Below, piece after piece: positions 44,721 to 54,083 of a DNA stretch of 54,083 bases. A program made the position numbers and the translations under genes. This DNA comes from Planctomycetota bacterium (GTDB taxonomy: Bacteria > Planctomycetota > Planctomycetia > Planctomycetales > Planctomycetaceae), in NCBI GenBank assembly GCA_003669615.1, contig QWOO01000029.1, forward strand, positions 1-54,083, given 5' to 3'. Numbering within the stretch: the stretch's first letter is position 1; each line of letters opens with the position of its first letter. The notes under the pieces are model-generated. The model was not told the origin of the DNA. It did not search any database and saw only the letters and a list, made by a program, of their open reading frames with translations.

Positions 44721-46089
44721 CCGAGACCGGTCCCTCTTTGCGAGCACGATCGTAAAGTTCGCGCCAGCGCGGTGAGCCATCGTTGGGGACGAGTTTGGTG
44801 TCCGCGCCGTCGGCGAAATATGGATACCGACCGGCGTTCGCCGCGGTCAGCATGAAGTTCACGTTGCCGTTGTTGGCCGTGTACATTCGCTTGCCATCGG
44901 CCCAGGTGGTTTCGATGAGTCGCTCGGGTTCTGGTCGTTCGGCCGGCTTCTCGATCTTGAGTTTGTCCACAATGTCGCGGTTCACTTCGTAACCGAGACC
45001 CGGACGATCAGGCACAGCCGCGTGTCCATTTTTCAGAACGATCGGTTCTGTCAAAAGATCGTTCTCAAACAGCTGATGGCAGTTCACAGCCGGCCACAAT
45101 GCCTGCTTGAGAACTCCACCGAAGTGCAGCGAATGAGCGGCCGTCAAACCGCCGCCGACCATCTGCAGCCAGAGCGGGAAGCGAGTCTCTTCACAGAAGC
45201 GTCCTGTTGTTATCAGCTTTGTCGCGCCGCCGCCGGCAACGAATCCGTCGCAGCACCGAGTTTGTGCACACGTTTCCGGAGACGGGTTGCCGTAGTGAAT
45301 TGCCACCTTGACGTGCGTCGAGTTGGTAATTGTTCGATTACCGTCCACATCTTCCTGTGGAATCGGGCCTTCAAAAATATCCACATGCGGATACTTGCCC
45401 GCGCGTTCCAGAATCGGCATCCCCTGCGCGGCGGTTCGCAGAGTGTCGTTGAAGTCCATGTCGATTTTGAATTCCGGCGGAACGCCTTTGGTCGCCGCAT
45501 CAAGTTGCTTGAAGAGATCAAACCACGGCCGGCCCTTCGTTTTGTAGGACATGTAGCCCAGCCGGTAAGCCTCTTTACATTCGGAAGCCATGTCTTCTGC
45601 AGACGTATCAATATTCCACCACGACAGCGGAGTTTTCTGATGGACCTGATTGCCCAGCAAGGCATGCACAGGCACTTCCGCTGCGCGACCGACAGCGTCA
45701 AACAGAGCCATCTGCAGCCCGGCCCCGAGCGAATCGTCCCACATGACTTCAATTGCACTGCGACCGATGACTCGAGTGACCGCTTCGTCCGGAGTCACTC
45801 CCCAGGTGTAGAACAGCAGTGTTTCTCCGGTACCTGTGACACCGCATTTCAGGGTTACGTCGCACAGTTCGATATACCGCCAGTGAGGAATCTCGCGGTC
45901 CATATTGCGACGTGGAGTGGGCCGAAATTCGAGCTTCACCGTGGTTCGTTTGATGTCAGTGATTTCGAAGTGTTTTTCGGCAGCAACGGCTCCGACCGCG
46001 CGAAGTGTGTGGCGGCTGAATCCGGACAGAGAAAGCAGACCGAGAAGACCGGCAGACTGCTTTAAAAACATGCGGCGTGCAGAAGGCAT
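44716..46089 (-). CDS. Enolase-superfamily (mandelate racemase/muconate lactonizing enzyme-like) protein with a Tat signal
   Basis: MPSARRMFLKQSAGLLGLLSLSG leader. There are barrel metal-ligand-like segments KIDMDFND and VDIFEGPI. Start chosen at 46089. Confidence 0.85.
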   Translation of the reverse strand: MPSARRMFLKQSAGLLGLLSLSGFSRHTLRAVGAVAAEKHFEITDIKRTTVKLEFRPTPRRNMDREIPHWRYIELCDVTLKCGVTGTGETLLFYTWGVTPDEAVTRVIGRSAIEVMWDDSLGAGLQMALFDAVGRAAEVPVHALLGNQVHQKTPLSWWNIDTSAEDMASECKEAYRLGYMSYKTKGRPWFDLFKQLDAATKGVPPEFKIDMDFNDTLRTAAQGMPILERAGKYPHVDIFEGPIPQEDVDGNRTITNSTHVKVAIHYGNPSPETCAQTRCCDGFVAGGGATKLITTGRFCEETRFPLWLQMVGGGLTAAHSLHFGGVLKQALWPAVNCHQLFENDLLTEPIVLKNGHAAVPDRPGLGYEVNRDIVDKLKIEKPAERPEPERLIETTWADGKRMYTANNGNVNFMLTAANAGRYPYFADGADTKLVPNDGSPRWRELYDRARKEGPVSA

Positions 46090-46344
46090 GAGTGTTCCTT
46101 TGGCGGGTGTTGAGCACGAGAATAGCTGGCGGGACACGAAGTATGACCGCCAGCCGTCTGAAAGCAAACCCGGTGAAAGGCGAGAGTGAACCTTGTGAGG
46201 TATTTGCGATCAGCTTCCCGTTCCCTTGTTTTTAATGATCAGGACCGTCTGGCGAGTTTGAGGAAGCAGTTTTCCCCACAGGCTGGAGTGTGTATCCTGC
46301 AAGGGCACAAATTTTCAGCTGGTCAGGTTGCGCGGAGTCGTTGC

Positions 46345-48720
46345 ATGGTCCTTAAATATTCATCTGCGGCAGCGAGAGCCGCGATTTTCGGGAGCATGGT
46401 CTTTGTTTTGATTCCCTATGTCGCGTCTTCGCCGCTGGTGGCTCAGGAGATCCAGTATAACCGGGATGTGAGGCCGATTCTGGCTGAGAACTGTTTTGCG
46501 TGTCATGGGTTTGATCATGCGAAACGAGAGGCCGGGTTGCGGCTGGATACAGCGGATGGTGCCACGGCGTCCCTGGGGTCTGGTGAGGTGGCGATCAGGC
46601 CGGGAAGTCCTGACGAGAGTGAAGCGATTCGGAGAATTGTTTCGGCCGATCATGACGAAATGATGCCGCCTTCAGAATCCGGTAAGACGCTTTCGGAACA
46701 GCAGAAGCAGATTCTGCAGACATGGGTGGCACAGGGGGCCAGGTATGATAAGCACTGGTCATTTATCATGCCGGAAAAGGTCCGGCTGCCGGCTGACGAA
46801 CGGCAGCTTCAGGTTGCGCACCCGATCGATCAGTTCGTCAGAATACGACTGCTGGTTGCGGGATTATCGCCGTCACCAGAAGCCGATCGCATCACGTTGC
46901 TGCGCCGTGTCAGTCTTGATCTGACAGGATTGCCGCCATCACCTGAACAGGTGCAGCATTTCCTTGCTGCCTCTGAGCAGGATTCCGAGGGCGCTTACAC
47001 TGCGGTGGTCGATCGCTTGCTTCAAAGCCCGGCGTACGGAGAACGCTGGGGGCGATGGTGGCTCGATCAGGCGCGCTATGCGGACAGCAACGGGTATTCA
47101 GTCGACGCGCCCCGGCAGATCTGGAAGTACCGTGACTGGGTCATTGAAGTTCTAAATCGCGACCTTCCGTTTGATAAGTTTACCGTCGAACAGCTGGCCG
47201 GTGATCTGCTTCCGAACGCGACGGACGAGCAGCGAGTCGCAACCGGTTTTCACCGAAACACGCAGATCAATCAGGAAGGTGGGATCGATCCGGAGCAGTT
47301 TCGCATCGACAGTGTGTTTGATCGCGTTGCGACCACCGGGACCGTCTGGCTGGGATTAAGCATCGGGTGTGCTCAGTGCCATGATCACAAATTCGATCCG
47401 ATCCTTCAGAAGGAGTACTATCAGTTCTTTGCGTTCTTCAATAATCAGGAAGAGCCGAATCTTACGTTATACGAACCCGGCATTGACGCAGTATCGCTCA
47501 AGGACGAACGTCGCCAAACAGAGGCCATGCAGCGTGAGATCGTGAAGAATGCAGACGCTGGTGTGAGTGACTGGGAAAGTCACCTGGAGTCTGGTCAGCA
47601 AGACGCATTGCCAGCTGATATTCAGAAAATTCTGCAGACAGAAAAATCGGCGCGGACGACCCCACAAAATCTTGCGTTGTATGCGGCCGGTCCGGGCGCG
47701 GCGGATGCGACCTTTCAGATGGCTCAGCAGAGATTACAGCAAATCGACAAACTGCTGGAAGCCAATGTCACGACCATGGTGATGAAGGAGCTTGCAACAC
47801 CGCGCAAGACCACCGTCTTTGTTCAGGGAGATTTCACAAGGCCCTCAGACGAAGTCACCTGTGGCACTCCGGCCGCATTGCATCCTCTGTCGAGAAATGT
47901 CGACGCCATCAATCGGCTCGACCTGGCGAAGTGGATTGTGGCCCCGGACAATCCTTTGACATCGCGAGTGATCGTCAATCGCGTCTGGCAGCAGTACTTC
48001 GGTCGCGGACTGGTCGAAACGGAGAACGACTTTGGTCTGCAGGGTTCATCTCCTTCGCATCCGGAATTGCTCGATTGGCTGGCGGTGGAATTTCGCGATC
48101 GCGGCTGGAGTCTGAAAGAGCTGCATCGCGTGATTGTGACGTCAGCAACCTATCGGCAAAGTTCCGCGGTGCGTGCGGATCTTCAGGAGAAGGATCCTGG
48201 CAACTATCTGCTGGCTCGTCAGCGGCGTTTGCGGCTGGAGGCAGAGATTGTGCGGGACGTCTGTCTTTCGGCCAGCGGGCTGCTGTCAACAAAGATGGGT
48301 GGGCCGCCTGTTTATCCGCCGATTCCGCAGGGTGTGATGGGACTGGGGCAGGCCAACCGCGAGTGGAAAGTCAGTGAAGGTGAAGACCGTTTTCGCCGCG
48401 GCTTATACACGTTTATTTATCGAGCCACGCCACCACCGTCATTGAATGTGTTTGATGCTCCGGATGGTTACAGCACCTGCACGCGGCGGATTCGCAGCAA
48501 CACGCCTCTGCAGGCGCTGGCTTTGATGAATGACGCGGCGTTTGTGGAATTTGCGGCGGCGCTGGAAAAGCGAATCGTGCAGAACGGTGTGGCTGATGCT
48601 TTTCAGCGATGCACTTCGCGGCAGCCTTCGTCCGACGAACTGGCGGTTCTTGAGGGACTGGACGCAATGAGCGCAGCTCGTGTGCTGCTCAACCTGGATG
48701 AGACGGTGACACGTGAGTGA
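46345..48720 (+). CDS. PSCyt1 / DUF1549 / DUF1553 (planctomycete cytochrome-c-like) protein
   Basis: RDVRPILAENCFACHGFDHAKREAGLRLD (PSCyt1 CxxCH), PIDQFVRIRL (DUF1549) and CAQCHDHKFDPILQKEYY (DUF1553). Start chosen at MVLKYSS (46345). Confidence 0.9.
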   Translation: MVLKYSSAAARAAIFGSMVFVLIPYVASSPLVAQEIQYNRDVRPILAENCFACHGFDHAKREAGLRLDTADGATASLGSGEVAIRPGSPDESEAIRRIVSADHDEMMPPSESGKTLSEQQKQILQTWVAQGARYDKHWSFIMPEKVRLPADERQLQVAHPIDQFVRIRLLVAGLSPSPEADRITLLRRVSLDLTGLPPSPEQVQHFLAASEQDSEGAYTAVVDRLLQSPAYGERWGRWWLDQARYADSNGYSVDAPRQIWKYRDWVIEVLNRDLPFDKFTVEQLAGDLLPNATDEQRVATGFHRNTQINQEGGIDPEQFRIDSVFDRVATTGTVWLGLSIGCAQCHDHKFDPILQKEYYQFFAFFNNQEEPNLTLYEPGIDAVSLKDERRQTEAMQREIVKNADAGVSDWESHLESGQQDALPADIQKILQTEKSARTTPQNLALYAAGPGAADATFQMAQQRLQQIDKLLEANVTTMVMKELATPRKTTVFVQGDFTRPSDEVTCGTPAALHPLSRNVDAINRLDLAKWIVAPDNPLTSRVIVNRVWQQYFGRGLVETENDFGLQGSSPSHPELLDWLAVEFRDRGWSLKELHRVIVTSATYRQSSAVRADLQEKDPGNYLLARQRRLRLEAEIVRDVCLSASGLLSTKMGGPPVYPPIPQGVMGLGQANREWKVSEGEDRFRRGLYTFIYRATPPPSLNVFDAPDGYSTCTRRIRSNTPLQALALMNDAAFVEFAAALEKRIVQNGVADAFQRCTSRQPSSDELAVLEGLDAMSAARVLLNLDETVTRE

Positions 48721-50182
48721 TTACGAGCAGGCGCTTGCCATGAATCAGGACGATCCACTTCAGCAGCAGACGCGTCGTCACTTCTTCCACGATTGTGGAA
48801 TCGGCGTGGGAGCGATGGCACTGTCCAGTCTGCTGTCAGGTTCCACCGCAGCGGCCGCAGAAACCGCCAGCGGGATGACCGCCCGGACTTCACAGTTGGT
48901 GGCAAAAGCGAAGCGTGTGATTTATCTGTTCATGGCGGGCGGGCCCTCGCAGTTGGATATGTTTGATCACAAGCCGATGCTCAACAAGCTCAGTGGTGAG
49001 CCGATGCCTCAGAGCTATCTGGAAGGCAAGCGGTTTGCGTTCATGGGCAGCAGTCATCGAACTAATCTGTTGGGGACTCGCCGCAGGTTTCGACAGCACG
49101 GCGATAGCGGGGCCTGGGTCAGCGATGTTCTGCCTCACACGGCCAGCATTGTGGACAAGCTGACATTCATCAAGACGTGTAAAACCGATCTGTTCAATCA
49201 TGCGCCGGCCAAGCTGTTCATGAACACCGGCAGCGGGCAGTTCGGACGCCCAAGTCTTGGATCGTGGCTGACATATGGGCTTGGCAGTGAATGCACCGAC
49301 CTGCCTGGTTTTGTCGTGCTGCAGAGCGGGCCTCGAGGCCCACGTGGCGGTTCGGTTTTGTGGGGCAGCGGAATGCTGCCAACCACTTATCAGGGCGTTC
49401 CGCTGCGAAATAAGGGCGAACCGATTCTAAACCTCACGACGCCCGCGGCTGTCACGGAGGAACAGCAGGCTGCCGTTTTTGACTCTGTTCGTCGGCTCAA
49501 TTCGCTTCGGCTTCAGAACACTGGCGACGAAGAGATTGCGACTCGCATCAATGCTTATGAAATGGCCTATCGGATGCAGACGAGTGCACCGGAACTGATG
49601 GACACGGCCAGCGAAACCAAAGAAACACTCGGCCTGTATGGGATTCAGGATCCTGGCGAATCAAGCTTTGCCAGAAACTGTCTGCTGGCTCGTCGGCTGG
49701 TGGAAAGAGGTGTGCGTTTCGTACAGCTGTATCACACCAACTGGGATCATCATGGCGGGCCGACGGAGAACCTGGAACAGCATCTGCCTTCGGTCAGCAA
49801 GGAGATTGATCAGCCCTGTATGGCATTGGTGCGTGATTTGGAGCAGCGAGGTCTGCTGGACGACACGATCGTCATCTGGGGCGGAGAATTCGGACGCACT
49901 CCGATGGGCGAAGTTCGCGAATCGACGGGCCGCAATCATCACATTGATGCATTTACCATGTGGTTTGCCGGAGGGGGCTTTAAACCGGGTGTCACATTCG
50001 GTGAAACGGACGAATTCGGATTTGGCCCGGTCGATCGGTCTGTCCACGTCCGCGACATTCATGCAACACTGCTGCATCAAATGGGGATTTCCCATGAACG
50101 GCTGACCGTGCGTGCTCAGGGTCTCGATTTTCGCTTAACGGGCGTTCTGCCTGCACGAATAGTTGACGAAGTTCTTGTCTGA
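48713..50182 (+). CDS. DUF1501 (sulfatase-like) protein with a Tat signal
   Basis: QQTRRHFFHDCGIGVGAMALSSLL, VIYLFMAGGPSQLDMFDHKP and GGEFGRTP...GRNHH. The GTG start overlaps the upstream stop by 8 nt; the ATG at 48740 is an alternative. Confidence 0.9.
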   Translation: MSDYEQALAMNQDDPLQQQTRRHFFHDCGIGVGAMALSSLLSGSTAAAAETASGMTARTSQLVAKAKRVIYLFMAGGPSQLDMFDHKPMLNKLSGEPMPQSYLEGKRFAFMGSSHRTNLLGTRRRFRQHGDSGAWVSDVLPHTASIVDKLTFIKTCKTDLFNHAPAKLFMNTGSGQFGRPSLGSWLTYGLGSECTDLPGFVVLQSGPRGPRGGSVLWGSGMLPTTYQGVPLRNKGEPILNLTTPAAVTEEQQAAVFDSVRRLNSLRLQNTGDEEIATRINAYEMAYRMQTSAPELMDTASETKETLGLYGIQDPGESSFARNCLLARRLVERGVRFVQLYHTNWDHHGGPTENLEQHLPSVSKEIDQPCMALVRDLEQRGLLDDTIVIWGGEFGRTPMGEVRESTGRNHHIDAFTMWFAGGGFKPGVTFGETDEFGFGPVDRSVHVRDIHATLLHQMGISHERLTVRAQGLDFRLTGVLPARIVDEVLV

Positions 50183-50345
50183 TGGACAATCCCAAGTGGC
50201 TTACGGCTTCGATACGGCTGGCTTTGGTGGACCTCCGGGGATAAGATTTCAGTTCAAAACTCGAAGATTGCCACCTCGTTGTGTGATAAACAGGCCGGAA
50301 ACACGGTGAAGGATCCACCGGGCAACCTCTCGGCTTCTCCCAGAC

Positions 50346-51515
50346 TTGATGATTTTACGAGCGAATTACAGGCAGAGTATGCTTTTGGCTTCCGAGGCGC
50401 AGACAGCTGGCGCCGAATCACCGTGTCCGACAACTACAGTTTCCGCCATCCCAAAATTTGAGCGTCATGACGAGTTTTTCGTTGCGCTCAAGAATCGAGT
50501 CGATCAGTACTTTCAGCAGACCGGAAAGTCGCCTCGAGACTGTTGGCAGATGTATGTGAAGACCTGCGTTATCCTATGCTGGTTCTTCGGCTCCTACGCG
50601 TTTCTCGTGTTCGGACCGGTCTCGTGGTGGACTGTCGTGCCTGCATCCGCCTTGCTGGGGCTGGCCATGGCCGCCATTGGCTTCAGTATTCAGCATGACG
50701 GCAGTCATCGAGGATACTCAAAGCACTCCATCGTCAATCGGCTGGCCGCCATTTCGCTGGATATGTTGGGCGGCAGTTCCTACTACTGGGCTCGCAAGCA
50801 CAATGTGATTCACCACACCTATCCCAACATCACCGGGCATGATGACGACATTGAGCTGGGACTTCTCGGCCGTCTGTCGCCACATCAAAAACACATCGGC
50901 ATTCATCGACTGCAGCATTTCTATTTGTGGTTTTTGTACGGGTTTATTGCCATCAAGTGGCAGTTCTACGACGACTTCCGCGACCTGCTGCGAGGCCGTA
51001 TCGGAGTGCATTCGGTAGTCCGACCTCGTGGTCAGGAACTGGCGATTTTCGTTGTCGGCAAGCTGTTCTTTTTGGTCATGGGCGTTGCTGTACCGCTGAT
51101 GCTGCATTCCTGGTGGGAAGTCCTGGCCGTCTATATGGGCGTGTCATTTTTCCAGGGCGTGACACTGAGTATCGTATTTCAGATGGCACACTGTGTTGAA
51201 GAGGCCGCGTTTCCGATGCCAGAGACGGCCTCCGGTCGTATGGCCTCCTCATTCGCCGTTCACCAGATTGAAACGACCGTCGATTTTGCTCCCGACAACA
51301 AGCTGCTGTCATGGTTTGTGGGTGGCCTGAACTACCAGATTGAGCATCATCTGTTTCCGCAGATTTGCCACATTCACTATCGGGCGATCAGTCCACTGGT
51401 GAAACAGACCTGCCAGGAGTTCGGCGTTCGGTACAATATGCATCGCAGTTTCCGCTCGGGACTGGCGTCGCACTATCGCTGGTTGCGTCGGATGGGCCTC
51501 GCAGAAGCTCAATAG
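50346..51515 (+). CDS. Membrane fatty-acid desaturase of the front-end type (third box QxxHH), with no cytochrome b5 domain
   Basis: His boxes HDGSH, HNVIHH and QIEHH, with 4 TM segments. The start is uncertain (the Met at 50379 is an alternative). Confidence 0.85.
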   Translation: MMILRANYRQSMLLASEAQTAGAESPCPTTTVSAIPKFERHDEFFVALKNRVDQYFQQTGKSPRDCWQMYVKTCVILCWFFGSYAFLVFGPVSWWTVVPASALLGLAMAAIGFSIQHDGSHRGYSKHSIVNRLAAISLDMLGGSSYYWARKHNVIHHTYPNITGHDDDIELGLLGRLSPHQKHIGIHRLQHFYLWFLYGFIAIKWQFYDDFRDLLRGRIGVHSVVRPRGQELAIFVVGKLFFLVMGVAVPLMLHSWWEVLAVYMGVSFFQGVTLSIVFQMAHCVEEAAFPMPETASGRMASSFAVHQIETTVDFAPDNKLLSWFVGGLNYQIEHHLFPQICHIHYRAISPLVKQTCQEFGVRYNMHRSFRSGLASHYRWLRRMGLAEAQ

Positions 51516-51618
51516 CGGGAAGGAAGCGGGCGACTCTTTTCATGCGGCGAAGAATGTTCAACGCGGTGCCCGGTTCAGGCCAGTCATAAGCTCTGATCTC
51601 GACTTCCCAAATTGGCGA

Positions 51619-54083
51619 TCATTCGACGTTCTGCTGGCCGGTGCGGCTTTTCAGTTCCAGCAGCAGCTGATGGGCTTCGCGAAAACGAGGCGCATTTTCC
51701 AGCGCCAGCAGGACATGTCGCTGAGACTGATTTTGATCAGTCTCACGGAGCATCTTTGCAATGCGAAAATGCAGCCGTGCGGCATCGTCGGGCTGCAGCT
51801 GCAGCAGACTGGTGAGCTGATTGACAGCAACCTTGGTTTGCTGCAGTGATTCGGCGGCTTTCAGGGTTCGCTGGATCGCGGTGACAAGAAACGGGTCAAT
51901 AGCCAAAATCGTCTGCCCCAGTTCCACCACGCGTTCCGGCTGGTTTGCGGTTTCGCACAATTCCTGCAACCGCAAGGCCGCTTCCAGGTCGTCCGCTGTG
52001 CGCAGCAGATGTTCGTTGAGAATTGCCGCTTCCTGTTTCGGATGCTCATTACTGCGATACACACCGGCAAGCATAGGACGCGGACCATCAATACTGTCAT
52101 TTTCAGGAGCCGCTTCAATCAGCCTCTTCAAAGCGACCTCCGCTTCGGCGAGCTGTGAATTGTTTATCAGCAAGGATGCTTCACTCAGCATCGCCGAGTA
52201 GTTGTCGGGATGCTGTTCGAGGAATCGGCGAACGGAATCGATATCCGACGGGCGTGCTTCAGCAAAAGCTTCGGTCGAAAAATCGACACCCTTTGCATAC
52301 TCGCCGGCCCGCTCTGTCAGATACGTGGTGAATGATCGTTCCAGTGACTCAAGGCCACCCGCGTGACGATCCAGAGCATCGTTAATCTGTACCCCGGCGT
52401 TTAGATCGTTGAGCACGGCATTTAGTGCGGCGATGCCATGCAGATTTACCACATGTTCTACCACCATGGACGACTCAAAGTACGCGAAGTTCATATCGTC
52501 GCCGTTTTTGGCGCGAAGGAATGCGCTGCTGAGTTCAGCAATGGGAGTGATGTTTCCGGCGAGAATTCGATCGCGGAACACAGCGTCCATATGCTGGCCC
52601 CAGCGACGGTCTGTGCGGCGCTCTTCAAAGACGGAAATCCCTTCGCTTAGCCAGCGCGGAATTTTGTTGCCGGTCTTCTGCAGTGTGACTACGTGGCAGA
52701 ACTCGTGCCAGAGAATGGATTCCCAACTGGTCGGATGATCGCGACGCGTGGCCGGACTGTTGGCTGTGATCACTTTTCCGAAGCAGACTCCCAGAAATCC
52801 CACGACGTCCGGCATCCCAAATGTGCGGACCGAAAAGTCGTCGGCTCGCGAATAGATCTCGACAACGACAGGAAGTTCCGGAGTGAACTCGTATCGAGGA
52901 GTTAAATCCGCCCAGGCCTGTTCGAGCAAATCGGCGACGCGTCGACCGTAAACGGCCGCCTCGTTTTTCTCCATACGGATCCGGAAATGCTCACTGGAGA
53001 CGGTCGTAAACTGAGTCAGACTGTCCTTTAACTGCAGCAGATTGAACAGAGTCGTGTCGTAGCCATCTTTCTCATGAGCCTGCTCGGCCATGGCCCAGCC
53101 TTCTGTCTCCTGTCCAAGCCGCAACAGATCCTGAGCCAACTGGACCTTCGCCGGATTGAAATCAGGATCCGCCTCCAGCGCCTTTCGCTGAAACCCTGCG
53201 CCTTCAGCAAAGCGATATTTTTGGGACAGCTTACGGCCAATCAGGTGATCCACTTTTGGATTGATCGTGGAAAACTTCAACGCGTTCTCGCGGCTGCGGA
53301 TTGCGGCTTCGGGCTCGTTCCGCACATGGAAAATGACAGACTGCAAAGCATGCGCTTCGGGGAGATGTGGATTCACGGACAGAATTTTCTGAAGGGTCGT
53401 TTCGGCACCGCTGTAATCTTCTGCGTCGATCTGTTCCTCTGTGATGCTGAGCAAAGCCGGCGCATGATGTGGGTTGAGTTCCATTGTTTTCTGAAGCAGC
53501 AGGCTGGCTTGCTCACGGTCGGCCGACTGAATCGATTCAGAAAACAGAAACAGCACATCCGGGTTATCGGGGAATGCGGCTGCGGCAGGCGTCAGCAACT
53601 CCGCCGCAAAAGCCAGATCGCCTTTATCCAGCGCCAATCGTCCGGCGGCGAGGAATCCATCCGGGCGATTAGGATAATTCTTGCGAGCCCGTTCGAAGAA
53701 GCCTTCCTGAACGGCCTTTGCGTCCGCTCCTAACGCGATGGCAATTTGACCGAGCGAGGCCAGATCGTCGGCATCCGTGTATCTCCACGAAGCCGACGCG
53801 ACCAACTTTTCCACTTCGACAAGAGCATTGGCTGCCTGCTCTTTTTTCCCATTCGCCAACGCACATTCATACTCCAGCTGTCGCAGTCGAACGCTCCAGG
53901 AATAACGCTCCAGCCCTGCGGCGATTGTCTCCAGAGACTCCGGATATTTACCCAGAGCCAGTTCGCACTGAATCTTCAGGATGGGCCATTCTTCCCCATA
54001 ACTGCGTTCTGTCATGGCCCGGGATGTTGCAGCCAGACAGGCTTCGTACTGGCCCGTCGCCAGCATCTTCTGACTATCGGTCA
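51619..54083 (-). CDS. TPR-repeat protein with a central HExxH (peptidase MA-like) metalloprotease domain; possibly 5'-partial
   Basis: ILWHEFCHVVTL zinc motif flanked by many TPR-like helical repeats. The frame stays open upstream of the tracked ATG (54066) to the window end. Confidence 0.8.
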   Translation of the reverse strand, partial: TDSQKMLATGQYEACLAATSRAMTERSYGEEWPILKIQCELALGKYPESLETIAAGLERYSWSVRLRQLEYECALANGKKEQAANALVEVEKLVASASWRYTDADDLASLGQIAIALGADAKAVQEGFFERARKNYPNRPDGFLAAGRLALDKGDLAFAAELLTPAAAAFPDNPDVLFLFSESIQSADREQASLLLQKTMELNPHHAPALLSITEEQIDAEDYSGAETTLQKILSVNPHLPEAHALQSVIFHVRNEPEAAIRSRENALKFSTINPKVDHLIGRKLSQKYRFAEGAGFQRKALEADPDFNPAKVQLAQDLLRLGQETEGWAMAEQAHEKDGYDTTLFNLLQLKDSLTQFTTVSSEHFRIRMEKNEAAVYGRRVADLLEQAWADLTPRYEFTPELPVVVEIYSRADDFSVRTFGMPDVVGFLGVCFGKVITANSPATRRDHPTSWESILWHEFCHVVTLQKTGNKIPRWLSEGISVFEERRTDRRWGQHMDAVFRDRILAGNITPIAELSSAFLRAKNGDDMNFAYFESSMVVEHVVNLHGIAALNAVLNDLNAGVQINDALDRHAGGLESLERSFTTYLTERAGEYAKGVDFSTEAFAEARPSDIDSVRRFLEQHPDNYSAMLSEASLLINNSQLAEAEVALKRLIEAAPENDSIDGPRPMLAGVYRSNEHPKQEAAILNEHLLRTADDLEAALRLQELCETANQPERVVELGQTILAIDPFLVTAIQRTLKAAESLQQTKVAVNQLTSLLQLQPDDAARLHFRIAKMLRETDQNQSQRHVLLALENAPRFREAHQLLLELKSRTGQQNVE

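Noticed and set aside
45022-46065. 347-aa plus-strand ORF antisense to the enolase-family gene. Similar long antisense ORFs lie at 30221-31063, 19510-20349, 10766-11509, 21651-22511, 39842-40627 and 53074-53733.
   Set aside because: Each lies fully inside a well-supported gene on the other strand. Each has a skewed Arg/Ser/Cys/His composition and no domain signature.
46303-46318. Sigma-54-like promoter GGGCACaaattTTCAG about 30 bp upstream of the DUF1553 gene start
   Set aside because: The -24 GGCAC element and the spacing fit, but the invariant -12 GC is missing (TTCA instead of TTGC).
1-54083. Scan for CRISPR arrays or other regularly spaced direct repeats
   Set aside because: No series of 25-40-bp repeats with similar-length spacers was seen. 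The only repeated short sequences are the inverted hairpin arms, the 14-bp tandem duplication and the small motifs listed above.

Overview
This is a 54-kb chromosomal window with the hallmarks of a Planctomycetota genome. The markers are a DUF1559 prepilin-like protein with an H-X9-DG motif, two DUF1549/DUF1553 + DUF1501 gene pairs, several Tat-signal proteins and a formaldehyde-activating enzyme. Most of the window is housekeeping: folP, mdh, miaA, rplY-pth-rpsF-ssb-rplI, dnaB, psd and tcdA. A squalene-hopene cyclase sits next to a DUF116-polyprenyl synthase fusion, and there is a large membrane-embedded sigma-54 activator. I recognised no rRNA, tRNA or CRISPR array by eye. The signals most worth a second look are: (1) a RAYT-like Y1 transposase at the window edge, a decayed paralogue, and two REPIN/MITE-like elements built from inverted hairpin repeats, one of them wedged between a normally coupled gene pair; (2) a ketosynthase homologue in which all three catalytic residues are replaced; (3) the shc / DUF116-prenyl synthase linkage, where the second Asp-rich motif is atypical; (4) a hicAB locus whose toxin frame is broken so that it reads through into the antitoxin; (5) a 5'-truncated VWA gene remnant that abuts a hairpin repeat. 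Four of the apparent frameshifts sit in G/C homopolymers, so sequencing or assembly error must be excluded before any of them is read as biology. All calls come from reading the sequence and ORF translations by eye. No database search was run.
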